Source: Eledone cirrhosa (taxonomy: Eukaryota). From it: 64,000 nt of DNA. Below the pieces are notes generated by a model. That model worked only from the letters and a program-made list of their open reading frames with translations, had not been told where the DNA came from and searched no databases. Location of the stretch: positions 32,364,001 through 32,428,000 of the forward strand of contig OZ024744.1 of the NCBI GenBank assembly GCA_964016885.1, written 5' to 3'. Position numbers and translations under genes: made by a program. Below are positions 43,137 through 56,584 of the stretch, piece by piece (the first letter of the stretch is position 1; every line of letters begins with the position of its first letter).

Positions 43137-43650
43137 CATACAGGTACACATACATATATGCACGTATCAGTTTAGCCGACGCTTATTATAACGCCGCTTT
43201 GTTCGTTTGTAAACAAACTGAACAGCCTGAATTTTTATGCCGTACGGTGTTAAGGCAATTTTTATGCCGTACGGTGTTAAGGAAAGTATATACTTTCGAA
43301 CGTTCAACTATCTGGCAGATGGGTATACGGTGCTGATGATAGCTAACAAGCTTGAAACTAGTACATCGTTCCTGTGTCAGTGTTGAAAAAAAAGGTGACG
43401 TGGTTGCCTTAACACCGTACGGCATAAAAATTCAGGCTGTTCAGTTTGTTTACAAACGAACAAAGCGGCGTTATAATAAGCGTCGGCTAAACTGATACGT
43501 GCATATATGTATGTGTACCTGTATGTATATATATGTATGCATGCTACTGTACGTCTGTATACATATATGTATGTACGTATACACACATACTTACATTTAA
43601 GTAAGTGCCGTACTAAGAGTGAGAAATGAAATTTCGTTTTCATTTTATTA
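43011..43650. repeat. Inverted duplication of the 26727 repeat family; arms 43011-43258 / 43404-43595
   Basis: Arms are reverse complements apart from an expanded (TA)n in the left arm. Confidence 0.85.
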
Positions 43651-43653
43651 CAA

Positions 43654-43740
<87 letters not shown>

Positions 43741-43745
<5 letters not shown>

Positions 43746-44299
43746 TTTGAATATGTATAATAAAGCCAAAACAATGCAGGTATGGACATAGAATAAAGAA
43801 TGCAAATGCAAAAGATATTGTTGACAATTAGTCTTTTACCTTAGATTTATTTAAATGTCCTTAATTTTCGAGATAATATCTCTTCTTCAGAGGGAAATAA
43901 AGGTCTCAAACCAGCGTTCTAAATAGCTTGCCAAGTCATGCTGACAGGAAATGGTATAGAATATCTGTTCTATCTGTAATGTCATTAGAGATAGAACAGA
44001 TACTCTATCTCTAATGACATTAGAGATAGAACAGATATTCGATACCATTTCCTGTCAGCATGACTTGGCAAGCTATTTAGAACGCTGGTTTGAGACATTT
44101 ATTTCCCTCTGAAGAAGAGATATTATCTCGAAAATTAAGGACATTTAAATAAATCTAAGGTAAAAGACTAATTGTCAACAATATCTTTTGCATTTGCATT
44201 CTTTATTCTATGTCCATACCTGCATTGTTTTGGCTTATTTATACATATTCAAACGTTTATACCTCATTACACAATGCTTGAAGTGAACTATAACCTCCT

Positions 44300-44301
<2 letters not shown>
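43741..44301 (+). mobile_element. Fold-back pLTR module (about 250-bp arms) in (TA)n with hammerhead at 44105-44141 (mirror 43856-43894)
   Basis: CCT-CTGAAGA(44109)-AGAGAT-ATT-ATCTC-GAAA(44130)-AT-TA-AGG; centre 43960-44045 has short nested inversions and duplications. Confidence 0.82.
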
Positions 44302-44380
<79 letters not shown>

Positions 44381-44388
<8 letters not shown>

Positions 44389-44584
44389 AGGGTTGCAGGT
44401 AAATGCGTCCGTAGGTGGTATACCGGTTGAGCACTCAATGCTCGTGTAGAGCAGAGTATAATATTATAAAGAACGAGGAGATGCAAAACTGATTCCTCGT
44501 TCTTTATAATAATATACTCTGCTCTGCGCGAGCATCGAGTGCTCAACCGGCATCCCGCCTACGGACGCATTTACCTGCAACCCT

Positions 44585-44592
<8 letters not shown>
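44381..44592. repeat. About 100-bp-arm hairpin element between (TA)n tracts
   Basis: GTTGTTGTAGGGTTGCAGGTAAATGCGTCC... / ...GGACGCATTTACCTGCAACCCTACAACAAC, with several arm mismatches. Confidence 0.85.
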
Positions 44593-44652
<60 letters not shown>

Positions 44653-44656
<4 letters not shown>

Positions 44657-45139
44657 TAAAACCACCAATAAATGGTAGGCTCCAAGCTGTATGGGGAACT
44701 CAATGAATGTAATCCGTATGTAAAAGATGTCGTGAAGCAAAGTTTAAAATACAAAATTTCAACGATATAATTCATTGGAAGCTGAGTCAAAACAATACAA
44801 ATAGTGAAAACAATGAAATTAAACAAAATACGGGTAATTCATAGTAAAACTGATTATTTTACGATCGTTTCTGGGGGGTAGTTCTCCGTGTGTTCATTCT
44901 ATTAGTGATCTATGTAAAATATATTACAAATTATCAAAGTAAGAAAATATACATACACCTTCCCTCTCCGCCGTCTTCAGAAATAATTCATACTATGATA
45001 ATTTGTAATATGTTTTACACCAGATCACTAATAGAATGAACATACGGAGAACTAACCCCCAGAAACGATCGTAAAACAATGAGTTTTACTATGAATTACC
45101 CGTATTTTGTTTAATTTCATTGTTTTCACTATTTGTATT
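44653..45139 (-). mobile_element. Fold-back pLTR-like module (arms 44794-44936 / 44996-45139) with an extended hammerhead at 44851-44990
   Basis: Minus strand: ATTATTT-CTGAAGA-about 100 nt-GAAA-CGATCG-TA-AAATAAT. Confidence 0.72.
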
Positions 45140-45710
45140 ATTCATCCTACAGAACAACTTTTTTGATTTCGATGGTAATACTTACAAGCAAATATCGGGG
45201 ACTGCGATGGGCACAAAAGCCGCTCCAACTTATGCCAACTTAGTCATGGCATACTTAGAAGTCCAGATATATGAACAGTTCAAATCAAAATACGGATTGA
45301 ACTTCCACAAATATTTATCAGAGAATTGGAAACGCTACTTGGATGATTGCCTCATTCTTTGGTCCCACACACTTGACCAACTGAAGGATTTCAAAAACTT
45401 AATAAACGGCATCAATAACCACATCCAATTCACAATGAAATACAGCCAAGATCAACTCCCATTTCTGGACATCTTAATCACAAAAAAAGACACAAATATC
45501 GAAACTGACATACACTACAAACCAACAGATTCCAAACAATATCTGCTATTCACCTCCAACCATCCAAAGCACACGAAGACGAACATTCCTTTTAACCTAG
45601 CAAGAAGAATTTGCACAATTGTCTCCAATTATGAAACGCGAAATAAAAGACTTCAAGAACTAAAGGAAATTCTACTTGAGAGAGAGTACCCACTATTACT
45701 AATAAATAAT

Positions 45711-45902
45711 TGTTTCTACTTTTGGCACAAGGCCAGCAATTATCCAGTACATTACTGGTACTTTATTTTATCGACCCCATAAGGATGAAAGGCAAAGTTA
45801 ACCTCGGCGGGATTTGAACTCAGAATGGCAAGGGCCGTAACTCTATGCGTCAAAGCATGGCGTCCAACCCTCTACCGATACTGCCAATTCACCGCCCTTC
45901 AC
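45711..45902 (-). mobile_element. Full-length tRNA-derived SINE with an 18-bp target-site duplication
   Basis: CTATTACTAATAAATAAT at 45693-45710 and 45903-45920; A- and B-box-like motifs on the - strand. Confidence 0.93.
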
Positions 45903-47083
45903 CTATTACTAATAAATAATGGAATAGAAAGGGCTAAAGCAATAGGCATTGATGAATTACGGAAACAGAAACAAATTCAAGGTACGTCCAATATTCTATC
46001 ATATATCTCAACACACAACCCAAGAAATGCGGAAGCTTACAACACTATTCACAATAACATCCCACTACTAAAACAAAACCCAAGAATGAAAAAAGCCCTT
46101 GAAACACACAAAATAATCAAAAGCAAAAGACAACCAAAATCACTGAAAACATTACTCACCAATGCCAAATTACCTACCACAAACCCACAACCAAGTATCA
46201 AAAAATGTGGTCGCCCTAATTGTGGGACCTGCACTCACCTCATTGAAGGCAACACGTATACATTTAAATCAGGACAAAATTTTACTGTAAAAAATCACTT
46301 CACTTGCTCATCAAAAAATCTAATTTATGCCATTAAATGTAAAGGATGCAATGAAGATTATATAGGACAAACTAAACTCACACTCAGAAACAGAATGACA
46401 GTTCATCGCCAACAATTAGGAGATCCAACCACGAGACAGATACCACTAAGTGCACATCTAGACATTTGCGCAAGTAATAAGACACCCAAATTCCAAGTCT
46501 TCCCATTTTACCTTTGCGCTAACAATACAACAGAACAAATGCGAATAAATAAGGAAAATATGTTTATTCAAAAATATAGACCAACATTAAATAAGGTTTA
46601 ATATACATTATGTCAACACCACAATATGACATACACACACACACATAACACCTTCTACTTTAGAAAATAAAAACCCGAACTAAATAAACCTTAACATACG
46701 TCTGCACTGGCAATACAACAGCAAACACGAAAAAGTAAGGAAAATATGTTCATTCAAAAATATTCCTACTAAAGGAATCACTTTCCTACACACACACATA
46801 CACACACAATATATCTATATATATATATATATTCTCTTCATCTTAACATGCTAACCATACTCCCACACACATAACACCCATACACACACATAACAACCCC
46901 CACACCTACAACTCCCTCCCCATTTCTACTAATAGAACCACTTTCCTACACACATATATATATATACACACACACAAAATATATATTCTCTCCATCTTAA
47001 CATACTCGCACACACACACATAACACCCATACACACACACACACAACTCCCTCCCCCATCTCTACTAATAGAATCATCTTCCA

Positions 47084-47120
<37 letters not shown>

Positions 47121-47641
47121 TACACACACACAAGCACACAAATAAACATACATATCTTCAGTCTCAATAGAAAATCTGAACTCTGACACCCCGGCGAGCT
47201 GGCCATATTCACTGAACCAGAACATTTCTCCCAATCCCTTTTCTCTTGACCACTATCTCTCCATTGTCATAACATTCACTATAAAGACTACAGAATAGTT
47301 TTCCAAATAAGGGCGCAAAAATGTAATAAAAACTTGTTCACGTGACAGCCAAATTTCATTTATAACCAACCAAAAAAAAAGCCTTCGTGAGCCTCATTTT
47401 TTCAAGTAAAAAGAAATTCAAACACTCATATATGAAAAAACAACCTGTGACAACCGCCCCTCTCTTATTTGAAGAACTATTGTAACGCGAACTGGCGCGA
47501 AATTTATTATAATTATTGACAAACCAATCAAATTACTTCTCGAAAAACCTGGAATTTCAAGCCACTTTTTCCATATAAAACAAGTAACATTCAGAGACCA
47601 ACCAGATGTGAGAAAAACCACAGACCCTCCATCTCAACTCA

Positions 47642-47679
47642 CCTTTTGAAAAGCAGAAGAACTGCGAAACCGGTAAAGG
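47642..47679 (+). ncRNA. Minimal hammerhead (C3U core variant) at the PLE 3' end
   Basis: CCTT-TTGAAAA-GCAG-AAGAA-CTGC-GAAA-CCGG-TA-AAGG. Confidence 0.78.
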
Positions 47680-47811
47680 AACCAAATAAATATATATATT
47701 TAAAAAAAAAAATAAGACTTCAGTTGCATTTTCGATTTCATCTCTTTTTCTTTATACTTTCACTCGTGTAGGACACCTCGGTTATTTTTCATTTTGTAAA
47801 AAAAACCTCAC

Positions 47812-47881
<70 letters not shown>

Positions 47882-47925
47882 GTGAAAGCAGCGATTCTTT
47901 GCTTAAACATTAATCTGTTATTTTA

Positions 47926-47971
<46 letters not shown>

Positions 47972-48093
47972 ATATACACATATACATACATCTCAAAATT
48001 CGATGGATTTTCACCCCGAAACTGGATAACAAGCCGGAGTACACCTGTACTTCCACCAGGAAATCTTTCGTATCATTGAAATTACTTTTGCTT

Positions 48094-48203
<110 letters not shown>

Positions 48204-48204
48204 C

Positions 48205-48302
<98 letters not shown>

Positions 48303-48309
48303 GTATATA

Positions 48310-48471
<162 letters not shown>

Positions 48472-48514
48472 AAACAATGAAATAAAAAATGAAGTCATTA
48501 GAGATATACTTCAC

Positions 48515-48650
48515 TGCTTTACGATCGTTTCTAGATGATGATAATACATTGTATTTATACTCGGTTATTGATCTATGTAAGGTAAGTTACAAACTATCAA
48601 ATAAAGAGAATATTTACTTACATGCATATCACCAGCTGTTTTCAAACCAT
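48515..48650 (-). ncRNA. Extended hammerhead motif homologous to 44851-44990
   Basis: Minus strand: TTGAAAA-C-AGCTGGTGATA...TATCATCATCT-A-GAAA-CGATCG-TA. Confidence 0.55.
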
Positions 48651-48801
48651 AATAATTTTATTCAGAATTAGTAGTATGTTAGTATTATGTCCTTATTTGG
48701 AGGTAGTTGAAGAACTAACGAATCAAATAGTTTTTTTTCATATGATGTTAAGATGAAAAGTAATACACTTTAGTTGAGGTCATGACCCTTTGAAAGGAAT
48801 G

Positions 48802-49386
48802 GTTGAAGGGTGTTAATAGTAGAATTGGCATAAAATCTATTAGGAAGGAATGGGATTGTCAAACTGATAGTTGAATCTATCTGGTATAGTGAATTTATAA
48901 GGCAAGTCACAATAAATGGTGTTTTGTGTTGTATTGGGTTTTAAGGTGAATATAAATTAAGGTTATGGCTAGGAAAGATAGTATATTAAAAGAAGAAAAT
49001 TATAATAAGATAATTGTTTCTACTTTTGGCACAAGGCCAGCAAATACCAGTGCATTACTGGTACTTTATTTTATCGACCCCGTAGGGATGAAAGGCAAAG
49101 TTATAATAAGATAATGAAATACAGTAATGCGATAATATACAACTTATTTGTATATTATCGCATTACTGTATTTCATTATCTTATTATAATTTTCATCTTT
49201 TAATATACTATCTTTCCTAGCCATAACCTTAATTTATATTCACCTTAAAACCCAATAAAACACAAATCACCATTTATTGTGACTTGCCTTATAAATTCAC
49301 TATACCAGATAGATTCAACTATCAGTTTGACAATCCCTTTCCTCCTAATAGATTTTATGCCAATTCTACTATTAACACCCTTCAAC
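48802..49386. repeat. About 240-bp inverted repeat (48802-49141 / 49149-49386) abutting Tx1 copy B
   Basis: Centre GCGATAATATACAA-CTTAT-TTGTATATTATCGC; a few arm mismatches. Confidence 0.88.
49015..49100 (-). mobile_element. 5'-truncated SINE with a 15-bp target-site duplication, in the left arm only
   Basis: TTATAATAAGATAAT at 49000-49014 and 49101-49115. Confidence 0.88.
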
Positions 49387-52300
49387 ACAGACACTACAGA
49401 ACCCCAAAACATACCCCTACCCATCAACACGGATGAGGAACCCCTATCGACGGCACCCAGCGGCGATGAGGAGGAACCCTTCCAACCCGTGAAAAGAATA
49501 AAAAGAAAGAACCGCATGAACAAAAACGAAACAAACACACAAACACCAGCACAAACAGTACAAAAATCACAAACAAAAGTTCCCCCTCCCGAAAACAAAA
49601 CACCCACAACAAAGAGAAAACACGTGCAGGAACCACAGACAAAAACAAACACAACACAGGAAAAGTACACATACACTTACATAAACGAAGAAAATAGAAC
49701 ACTGATGGAGACCATCAGAAACAACCCTTTGGTCAAAACCGAAGGGAAAACTTTGGATAGCTCCAACAAAAACAAAAAAATGAACCTAAAACTGATCAGG
49801 GTCCCTATAGGAACTTATAGATCCCTAAAAGAAACATTTGTAGAGGACGTGGGGAATTCCTGCGTGAAACCAATCAACCGCGTCCTCTACAAAGGCCTCC
49901 CCACCACAGGCACCCCACCCAAGTCATTCCCACCCCACCAGACACCCCCTCCCCACCAAACACCTCCGTCCCCACCCCGCCAGAAACCACCACCCCACCC
50001 AACAACCCATCCCCACCCTCATGGAAAATGTGCAGCCCGATACCCGGGACGCAGAGAGGTAAGTGCCTTTTCTCTTCACCACCAACATAGCTATGCTAAA
50101 AGTAGGTTGTTTAAATGCGCGTGGCCTGGGCTCAACTTGGAAACAAGCAATGCTTCTAAATGACCTCAGGTCACACCGTATAGATGTGATGGTTATTTGC
50201 GAGGCCCGGATCAGCAACGTGCGACAGCTTACCCCCACCTTTGATGACTTTGAGATGCACGCATCTCTCTGTCAGCCCGGAGGTGGGGGTGGGGTTGTCG
50301 TTCTGCTGCAAAAACATCTGGGTCTCGCAACACAGACGGTACATTTGGACCCGGAGGGTCGACTAGTGGTTCTGGATCTTGGCAGTGGTGAAGGCGGAGC
50401 GTTTAGGTTGGTAGCCGCCTACGGCCCTTTCGGGTCAATGCGGCCGGACTTCTTCCATCGTCCGGAGACTTTTCTAGGGACGTCCCGCTCCTTGCTATTA
50501 GTGGGGGACTGGAATGGTGTCCTAGATGCACGCTGGGACTACGTAGGGGCCTGTCCCGATAGAGAGGGGTGTAATAGCCTAAAAGGGTTAATCGGTCGAT
50601 TTGACCTGGCCGATAGATATCGACTAGATTTTCCTACTGCGCCAACCTTAAGGATAAGGACTTTTTAAGTTGTCCAAAAATGCGCATGGTTGGCTATTCA
50701 GACCACAAGTTAGTGACCTGCATGGTCAACTTTGACAGAACGCATAGACAGGGACCCGGTTACTGGAAGCTCAACTTGTCCTTACCGGCAAATAAGGCTT
50801 ACAGGGACCGGATTAGCACTTTAGTTAAGGAGCGGCTGACGGGCGCCATCGTCAACAGCAGGTGGTGGGGATCTCTCAAAAGAGAGATTAGAGTAGTCTC
50901 CATAGATTTAGTAAGGAGTTAGCCTCAAATAGAAATAGGAAGGAAAGGGAGTTGGTAGATAGTGTAGAAAAGGCAATTAGAAGCGGCGACGTTGCCAGAG
51001 TGCTAGCGTCGAGAACGGCCCTGGGCCAGTTCTTCGACGCGAAACATGAAGGCTGCATCGTCCGAAGCAAAATACGTGCTCTGGGAAACGAGGGGACCAA
51101 AGCTGTTAGCTGGGCCCGCGTGATAGAAACCAAAAGAGGGAGTAGATCAACTATCCGGTCTTTGCTAGACCAGGATGGACGGCTGATCCTTGAACATAAG
51201 CAGATGTGCGAGGCTTTTCAAAAGCACATTGCCAGATTGTTCGGAAGGGGCGGGGAACCGGTGGGGAAGTGGACTTCGGTCCATACCTCGACGGCCTGCC
51301 ACGTCTCTCGGACAGGGAGGCGAAGTCCTGCGAGGAGCCGATTTCAGCCGCTGAGATAGAGGACGTGCTGAGCCAATGCCGCAAAACAAATCCCCAGGTC
51401 TCGATGGTCTTCCATACGAACTATATCTAGCTATGCCGGACTTGTTCCCCGATCTACTCGAGGCGGTCTACTGCAACTGGCAACAGAACGGGAGAATTCC
51501 CTGTGCTGTGACCAAGGGCGTAGTCACGCTAGTGAGGAAGGACGAGAACAAATGGGACGATATAAATAATTTCAGGCCCATAACCCTGCTAAATACAGAG
51601 TTACAGATTTTGGCCAAAGTGCTAGCAAAGAGGTTGGTGCTTGTCGTGGGAGACCTGGTGGAAGATGCGCAGACATGTGCTATCCAGTCCAGGTCCATCC
51701 ACGACAACCTCCACCTCATGCGATACATCATAGAGAGGGTTGGGAACGAACCCGGCTTTGGTGGGGCCATGATCAACTTGGATCAATCTAAGGCGTTCGA
51801 TAGGGTCGACCATGGTTACCTACATGCGGTGCTAGCGGCGGCAGGCTTCGGACCCGTTTTCAGGGCTGGATCAATGCCATGCACAGCAGCCGCATCTGCT
51901 CTAAGGTCAAGGTGAACGGCTACCTCACGGAGCCGTTCGAAATAGCGCGGTCCATCCGACAAGGGTGCCCTCTCTCCTCCCTTCTGTATGTAATGACTCT
52001 AGAGCCACTGCTGCGGAAGTTGGAGTTGTTGCAGGGCATCCCGTTGGAACCGGGATTGCGGAAAGCGGTGTCGGCCTACGCCGATGACGTGACAGTAATG
52101 GTGTCGACGGCCTCGGAAATCGGGGCGATCGGCACCTTACTGGAGGAGTACGAAAGGTTTACAGGGGCTAAGCTGAACCGGAACAAGTCGATCGGTCTGC
52201 AACTCGGCACGTGGAGGGGCAGATCGATGCCCTCCGAGGCGTCGTCGGGCGCTGGACGGAGGGCCCGGTGAAGTTGCTCGGGGTCTGGTTCGGACCAGAC

Positions 52301-53719
52301 CTCCAGGTGGAGAAGAACTGGGGTGAGGTAACGAACAGTGTGTTTGCACTGACCCAGAAGTGGGCCGAGTGCAAACTGTCCCTGAAAGGTCGGGCGGAGG
52401 TGGCGAACACTTATATAGCGTCCGTCATCTACTACCGCCTGACCGTTGTGCCTTGCCCAAGGGAAACGCTCGCCAAAATAGAGCGCGCACTCTTCCAATT
52501 CCTTTGGAAGAAGCGGGCTCCTATGGTGAGGAGATCCATCTGCTGTTAACACCCTTCGAAAGGAGGGCTGGGGAAGCCGTGGCTAATGATACGTAAACAC
52601 GCATTAAGGCTACGGCACCGCCAGGTATTCCTCACCGGTCAACCGGTGTTGGCCCCGTTTGTGAGGCGAGCCTTTCCCAGACTCGTCTCACTCACCGAGC
52701 TGCAATCCTGGGTCAAGCAAAGACCGAGAAAACTGGGCGCCTGGCACACTGAGTGTGCCCAGGCGCTCACGGCTCTCTTGCAGGCGGACCCGGCTGTCAG
52801 TGGAGAATCCACCTCGTCATTCTATAGAGGGCTGGTGGTTAGCGGGTACGACGACGCCCTCGGAGAAGCCCTAGGCATGGAGGAAGACGAACTGGCTAAC
52901 CTGTTCGGTAGGACATTCAGCCCGGGACCCATGAATAACTTCCAGAAGTCCCTGGCCTGGCAGTGCTACAGAAGGGCTCTGCCCGTTCGAGAAAGGCTCT
53001 ACAGACACGGGCTCCCGGGTAGGGCCCCCTCGAAAATGATCTGTCCCAGATGCGTGTGCGACGAGGAAACCGTTGCACACGCATTGGTACACTGCTCGGG
53101 CATTGCCGATCTGTGGGGCTATGTCGAACAACTGCTGTCAAGGGTGGGACCGATCGGGTTGACCACCGAGTCTATTGTAACGATCAAGCCGCCTCCCCTC
53201 TTCAAAAACGAAGGAGAGGCTGTGTTTCTGTGCGTAATAGCCATGGCGAAAGAGGTTGTATGGTGGACGCGTCTGAAAGGACTGAGGTCAGACACCTTTC
53301 TCTCTGGCCAACAACTGGTCCGTTTCTTCCGATATCATTTCGGCAGAAGGATCAGGATGGAGAGAGAGGTGCTGCACCCCAGCCGTTTTTATGAAAGATG
53401 GGTGAAAGTGGCGAGAATGGCCAGTGTGAATGGGGCTTCACTCTACATCAGACTATAGGTGAGGAAGATGAAAGATCAAGGGAGCACCCCTTCTATGTGC
53501 TCCTGAGGAGAAGGGTTGCACACCTTTTTCGGGGATATGTGCGACCCCGCAAGGCGCCTCCTCCCTATTGAGGATTTTGTTATAAAATTTATTTTGTTAT
53601 GTTGTATTTTATTTTTATATTTTGTTATTGCCTCCTCCTTATTGAGGACGCCTTGTTTTGTAAACTCCCCCCATTGTACTTGTCCCACTTTTGATGCCCT
53701 GGTGGCAAATAAAAAGAAA

Positions 53720-53794
<75 letters not shown>
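49387..53794 (+). mobile_element. L1/Tx1 LINE copy B, truncated in ORF1; ORF2 50093-53458 decayed; (TATC)n tail 53722-53794
   Basis: LNARGL APE motif, RT motifs, CPRC..HALVHC; internal deletion at about 50647. Confidence 0.93.
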
Positions 53795-53795
<1 letters not shown>

Positions 53796-56584
53796 GAGTA
53801 GAAGAGGCAATTAGAAGCGGCGACGTGGCCAGAGTGCTAGCGTCGAGAACGGCTTTGAGCCAGTTTTTCGACGCGAAGCACGAAGGCTGCGTTGTCCGAA
53901 GTAAAATACGTGCTCTAGGGAACGAGGGGACCAAAGCTGTTAGCTGGGCCCGCGTGACAGAGGCCAACAGTGGAACTAAATCCACCATCCGGTCTTTGCG
54001 AGACCTGGATGGACGGGCGATTCTTGAGCCTAAGCAGATGTGTGAGGCCTTTCAAAGGCACTTTGCCCGACTGTTCGGGAGGAGCGGGGAGCCGGTTGGG
54101 AACGTGGACTTCGGTCCATACCTCGACGGCCTGCCGCGCCTCTCGGACAGGGAGGCGAAGTCCTGCGAGGAGCCGATTTCGACCGCTGAGATAGAGGACG
54201 TGCTGAGCCAATGCGGCAAACGCAAATCCCCGGGTCTCGATGGTCTTCCTTACGAATTATATCTAGCTATGCCGGACTTGTTCCCCGATCTCCTCGAGGC
54301 GGTCTACTGCAACTGGCAACAGAACGGGAGAATTCCCTGTACTGTGACCAAGGGCGTAGTCACGCTAGTGAGGAAGGACGAGAACAAGGGGGACGAAATA
54401 AGTAACTTCAGGCCCATAACTCTGCTAAATACAGAGTTACAGATTTTGGCCAAGGTGCTAGCAAAGAGGTTGGCGCTTGTCGTGGGCAACCTGGTGGGAG
54501 ATGCGCAGACATGCGCTATCCCGTCCAGGTCCATCCATGACAACCTCCACCTCATGCGATACCTCATAGAGAGGGTTGGGAACGAACCCGGCTTTGGTGG
54601 GGCTCTGATCAACTTGGATCAATCTAAGGCGTTCGATAGGGTCGACCATGGTTACCTGGATGCGGTGCTAGCGGCGGCAGGCTTCGGACCCGTTTTCAGG
54701 GGCTGGATCACTGCTATGCACAGCGGCCGCATCTGCTCTAGGGTCAAGGTGAACGGCTACCTCTCGGAGCCGTTCAAAATCGCGCGGTCCATCCGACAAG
54801 GGTGCCCTCTCTCCTCCCTTCTGTATGTGTTGACTCTCTAGCCACTACTGCGAAAGTTGGAGTTGTTGCAGGGCATCCCTTTGGAACCGGGATTGCGGAA
54901 AGCGGTGTCGGCCTACGCCGATGACGTGACAGTAATGGTGTCGACGGCCTCCGAAATCGAGGCGGTCGGCACCTTACTGGAGGAGTACGAAAAGTTCACA
55001 GGGGCTAAGCTGAACCGGGACAAGTCGATCGGTTTGCAACTCGGCACGTGGAGGGGCAGACCGATGCCCTCCGATGCCCTCCGATGGCGTCGTCGGACGC
55101 TGGACGGAGGGCCCGGTGAAGTTGCTCGGGGTCTGGTTCGGACCGGACCTCCAGGTGGAGAAAAACTGGGCGGAGGTTACGAACAGGGTGTTTGCACTGA
55201 CCCAGAAGTGGGTCAGTTGCAAACTATCCCTGAAAGGTCGGGCGGAGGTGGCGAACACCTACATAGCGTCCGTCATCTACTACCGCCTGACCGTAGTGCC
55301 CTGCCCAAGGGAAACCCTCACCAACATGGAGCGCGCGCTCTTCCAATTCCTTTGGAAGAGGCGGGCTCCTATGGTGAGGAGATCCATCTGCTGTCAACAC
55401 CCTTCGAAAGGAGGGCTGGGGATGCCGTGGCTAATGATGCGTAAACACGCATTAAGGCTACGGCACCTCTACGTATTCCTCACCGGACAACCGGTGTGGG
55501 CCTCGTTTGTGAGACGAACCTTTCCCAGACTCGTCTCACTCACCGAGCTGCAATCCTGGGTCAAGCAAAGACCGAGAAAACTGGGCGCCTGGCACACTGA
55601 GTGTGCCCAGACGCTCACCGCCCTCTGGCAGGCGGATCCGGTTATCAGTGGAGACTCCACCGCAACATTCTATAGAGGGCTGGTACGCAGCAGGTGCGAC
55701 GACGCCCTCGGAGAAGCCCTAGACATGGAGGAGGACGAACTGGCCAGCCTGTTCGGTAGGACATTCAGCCCGGGACCTATGGACAACTTCCAGAAGTCCC
55801 TGGCCTGGCAGTGCTACCGAGGGGCTTTACCCGTTCGAGAAAGGCTCTACAGACACGGGCGCCCGGGTAGGGACCCCGCCAAAAAGATCTGTCCCAGATG
55901 CGTGTGCGACGAGGAAACCGTTGCACACGCATTGGTACACTGCTCGGGCGTAGCCGATCTGTGGGACTATGTCGAACAACTGCTGTCAAGGGTGGGACCG
56001 ATCCGGTTGACCACCGAGTCTATTGTAATGATCAAGCCGTCTCTCCCCTTCAAAGATGAAGCAGAGGCGGTGTTTCTGTGCGTAATAGCCATGGCGAAAG
56101 AGGTTGTATGGTGGACGCGTCTGAAAGGACTGAGGTCAGGCACCTTTCTCTCTGGCCAACAACTGGTCCGTTTCTTCCGATATCATTTCGGAAGAAGGAT
56201 CAGGATGGAGAGAGAGGTGCTGCACCCCAGTCGTTTTTATGAAAGGTGGGTGAAAGTGGCGAGAATGGCCTGTGTGAATGGGCCTTCTCTTTACATAAGA
56301 CTGTAGGTGGAGAAGAGGAAGGAACGAGGGAGCACCCCCTCTCTGTGCTCCTGAGGAAAAGGGTTGCACCCTTTTTTCGTGGGTGTGTGCGACCCCCCAA
56401 GGCGCCTCCTCTCTATTGAGGATTTTATTATAAATTTTATTTTTTGTTATATCTTATTTTATTTTTATATTTTGTTATTGCCTCCTCCTTATTGAGGACG
56501 CCTTTTTGTGTAAACTCCCCCCTTTGTACTTGTCCCACTTTTGATGCCCTAGTGGCAAATAAAAGAAACATATCTATCAATCTA
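53795..56584 (+). mobile_element. L1/Tx1 LINE copy C, truncated in ORF2; short (TATC) tail
   Basis: Begins directly after the copy B tail; stop at 54839; 10-bp duplication CCGATGCCCT at 55061-55080; ORF2 ends at 56306. Confidence 0.93.

Larger units (their letters stand above)
45140..47818 (+). mobile_element. 5'-truncated Penelope-like element (Neptune-like linker): RT and GIY-YIG ORF 45140-46601 interrupted by a SINE
   Basis: YKQISGTAMGTKAAPTYANL, WKRYLDD, LPFLDI, SNHPKH; CGRPNCGTC, NLIYAIKCKGC.EDYIGQT..LRNRM..H, E..FI...PTLN. Confidence 0.93.

Noticed and set aside
45711-45902. tRNA gene
   Set aside because: Has A/B boxes but no cloverleaf; multi-copy with a target-site duplication, so a SINE.
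53516-53794. Hydrophobic N-terminal extension fused to the RT ORF (53516-54841)
   Set aside because: Chance read-through of copy B 3' UTR and (TATC)n into truncated copy C.
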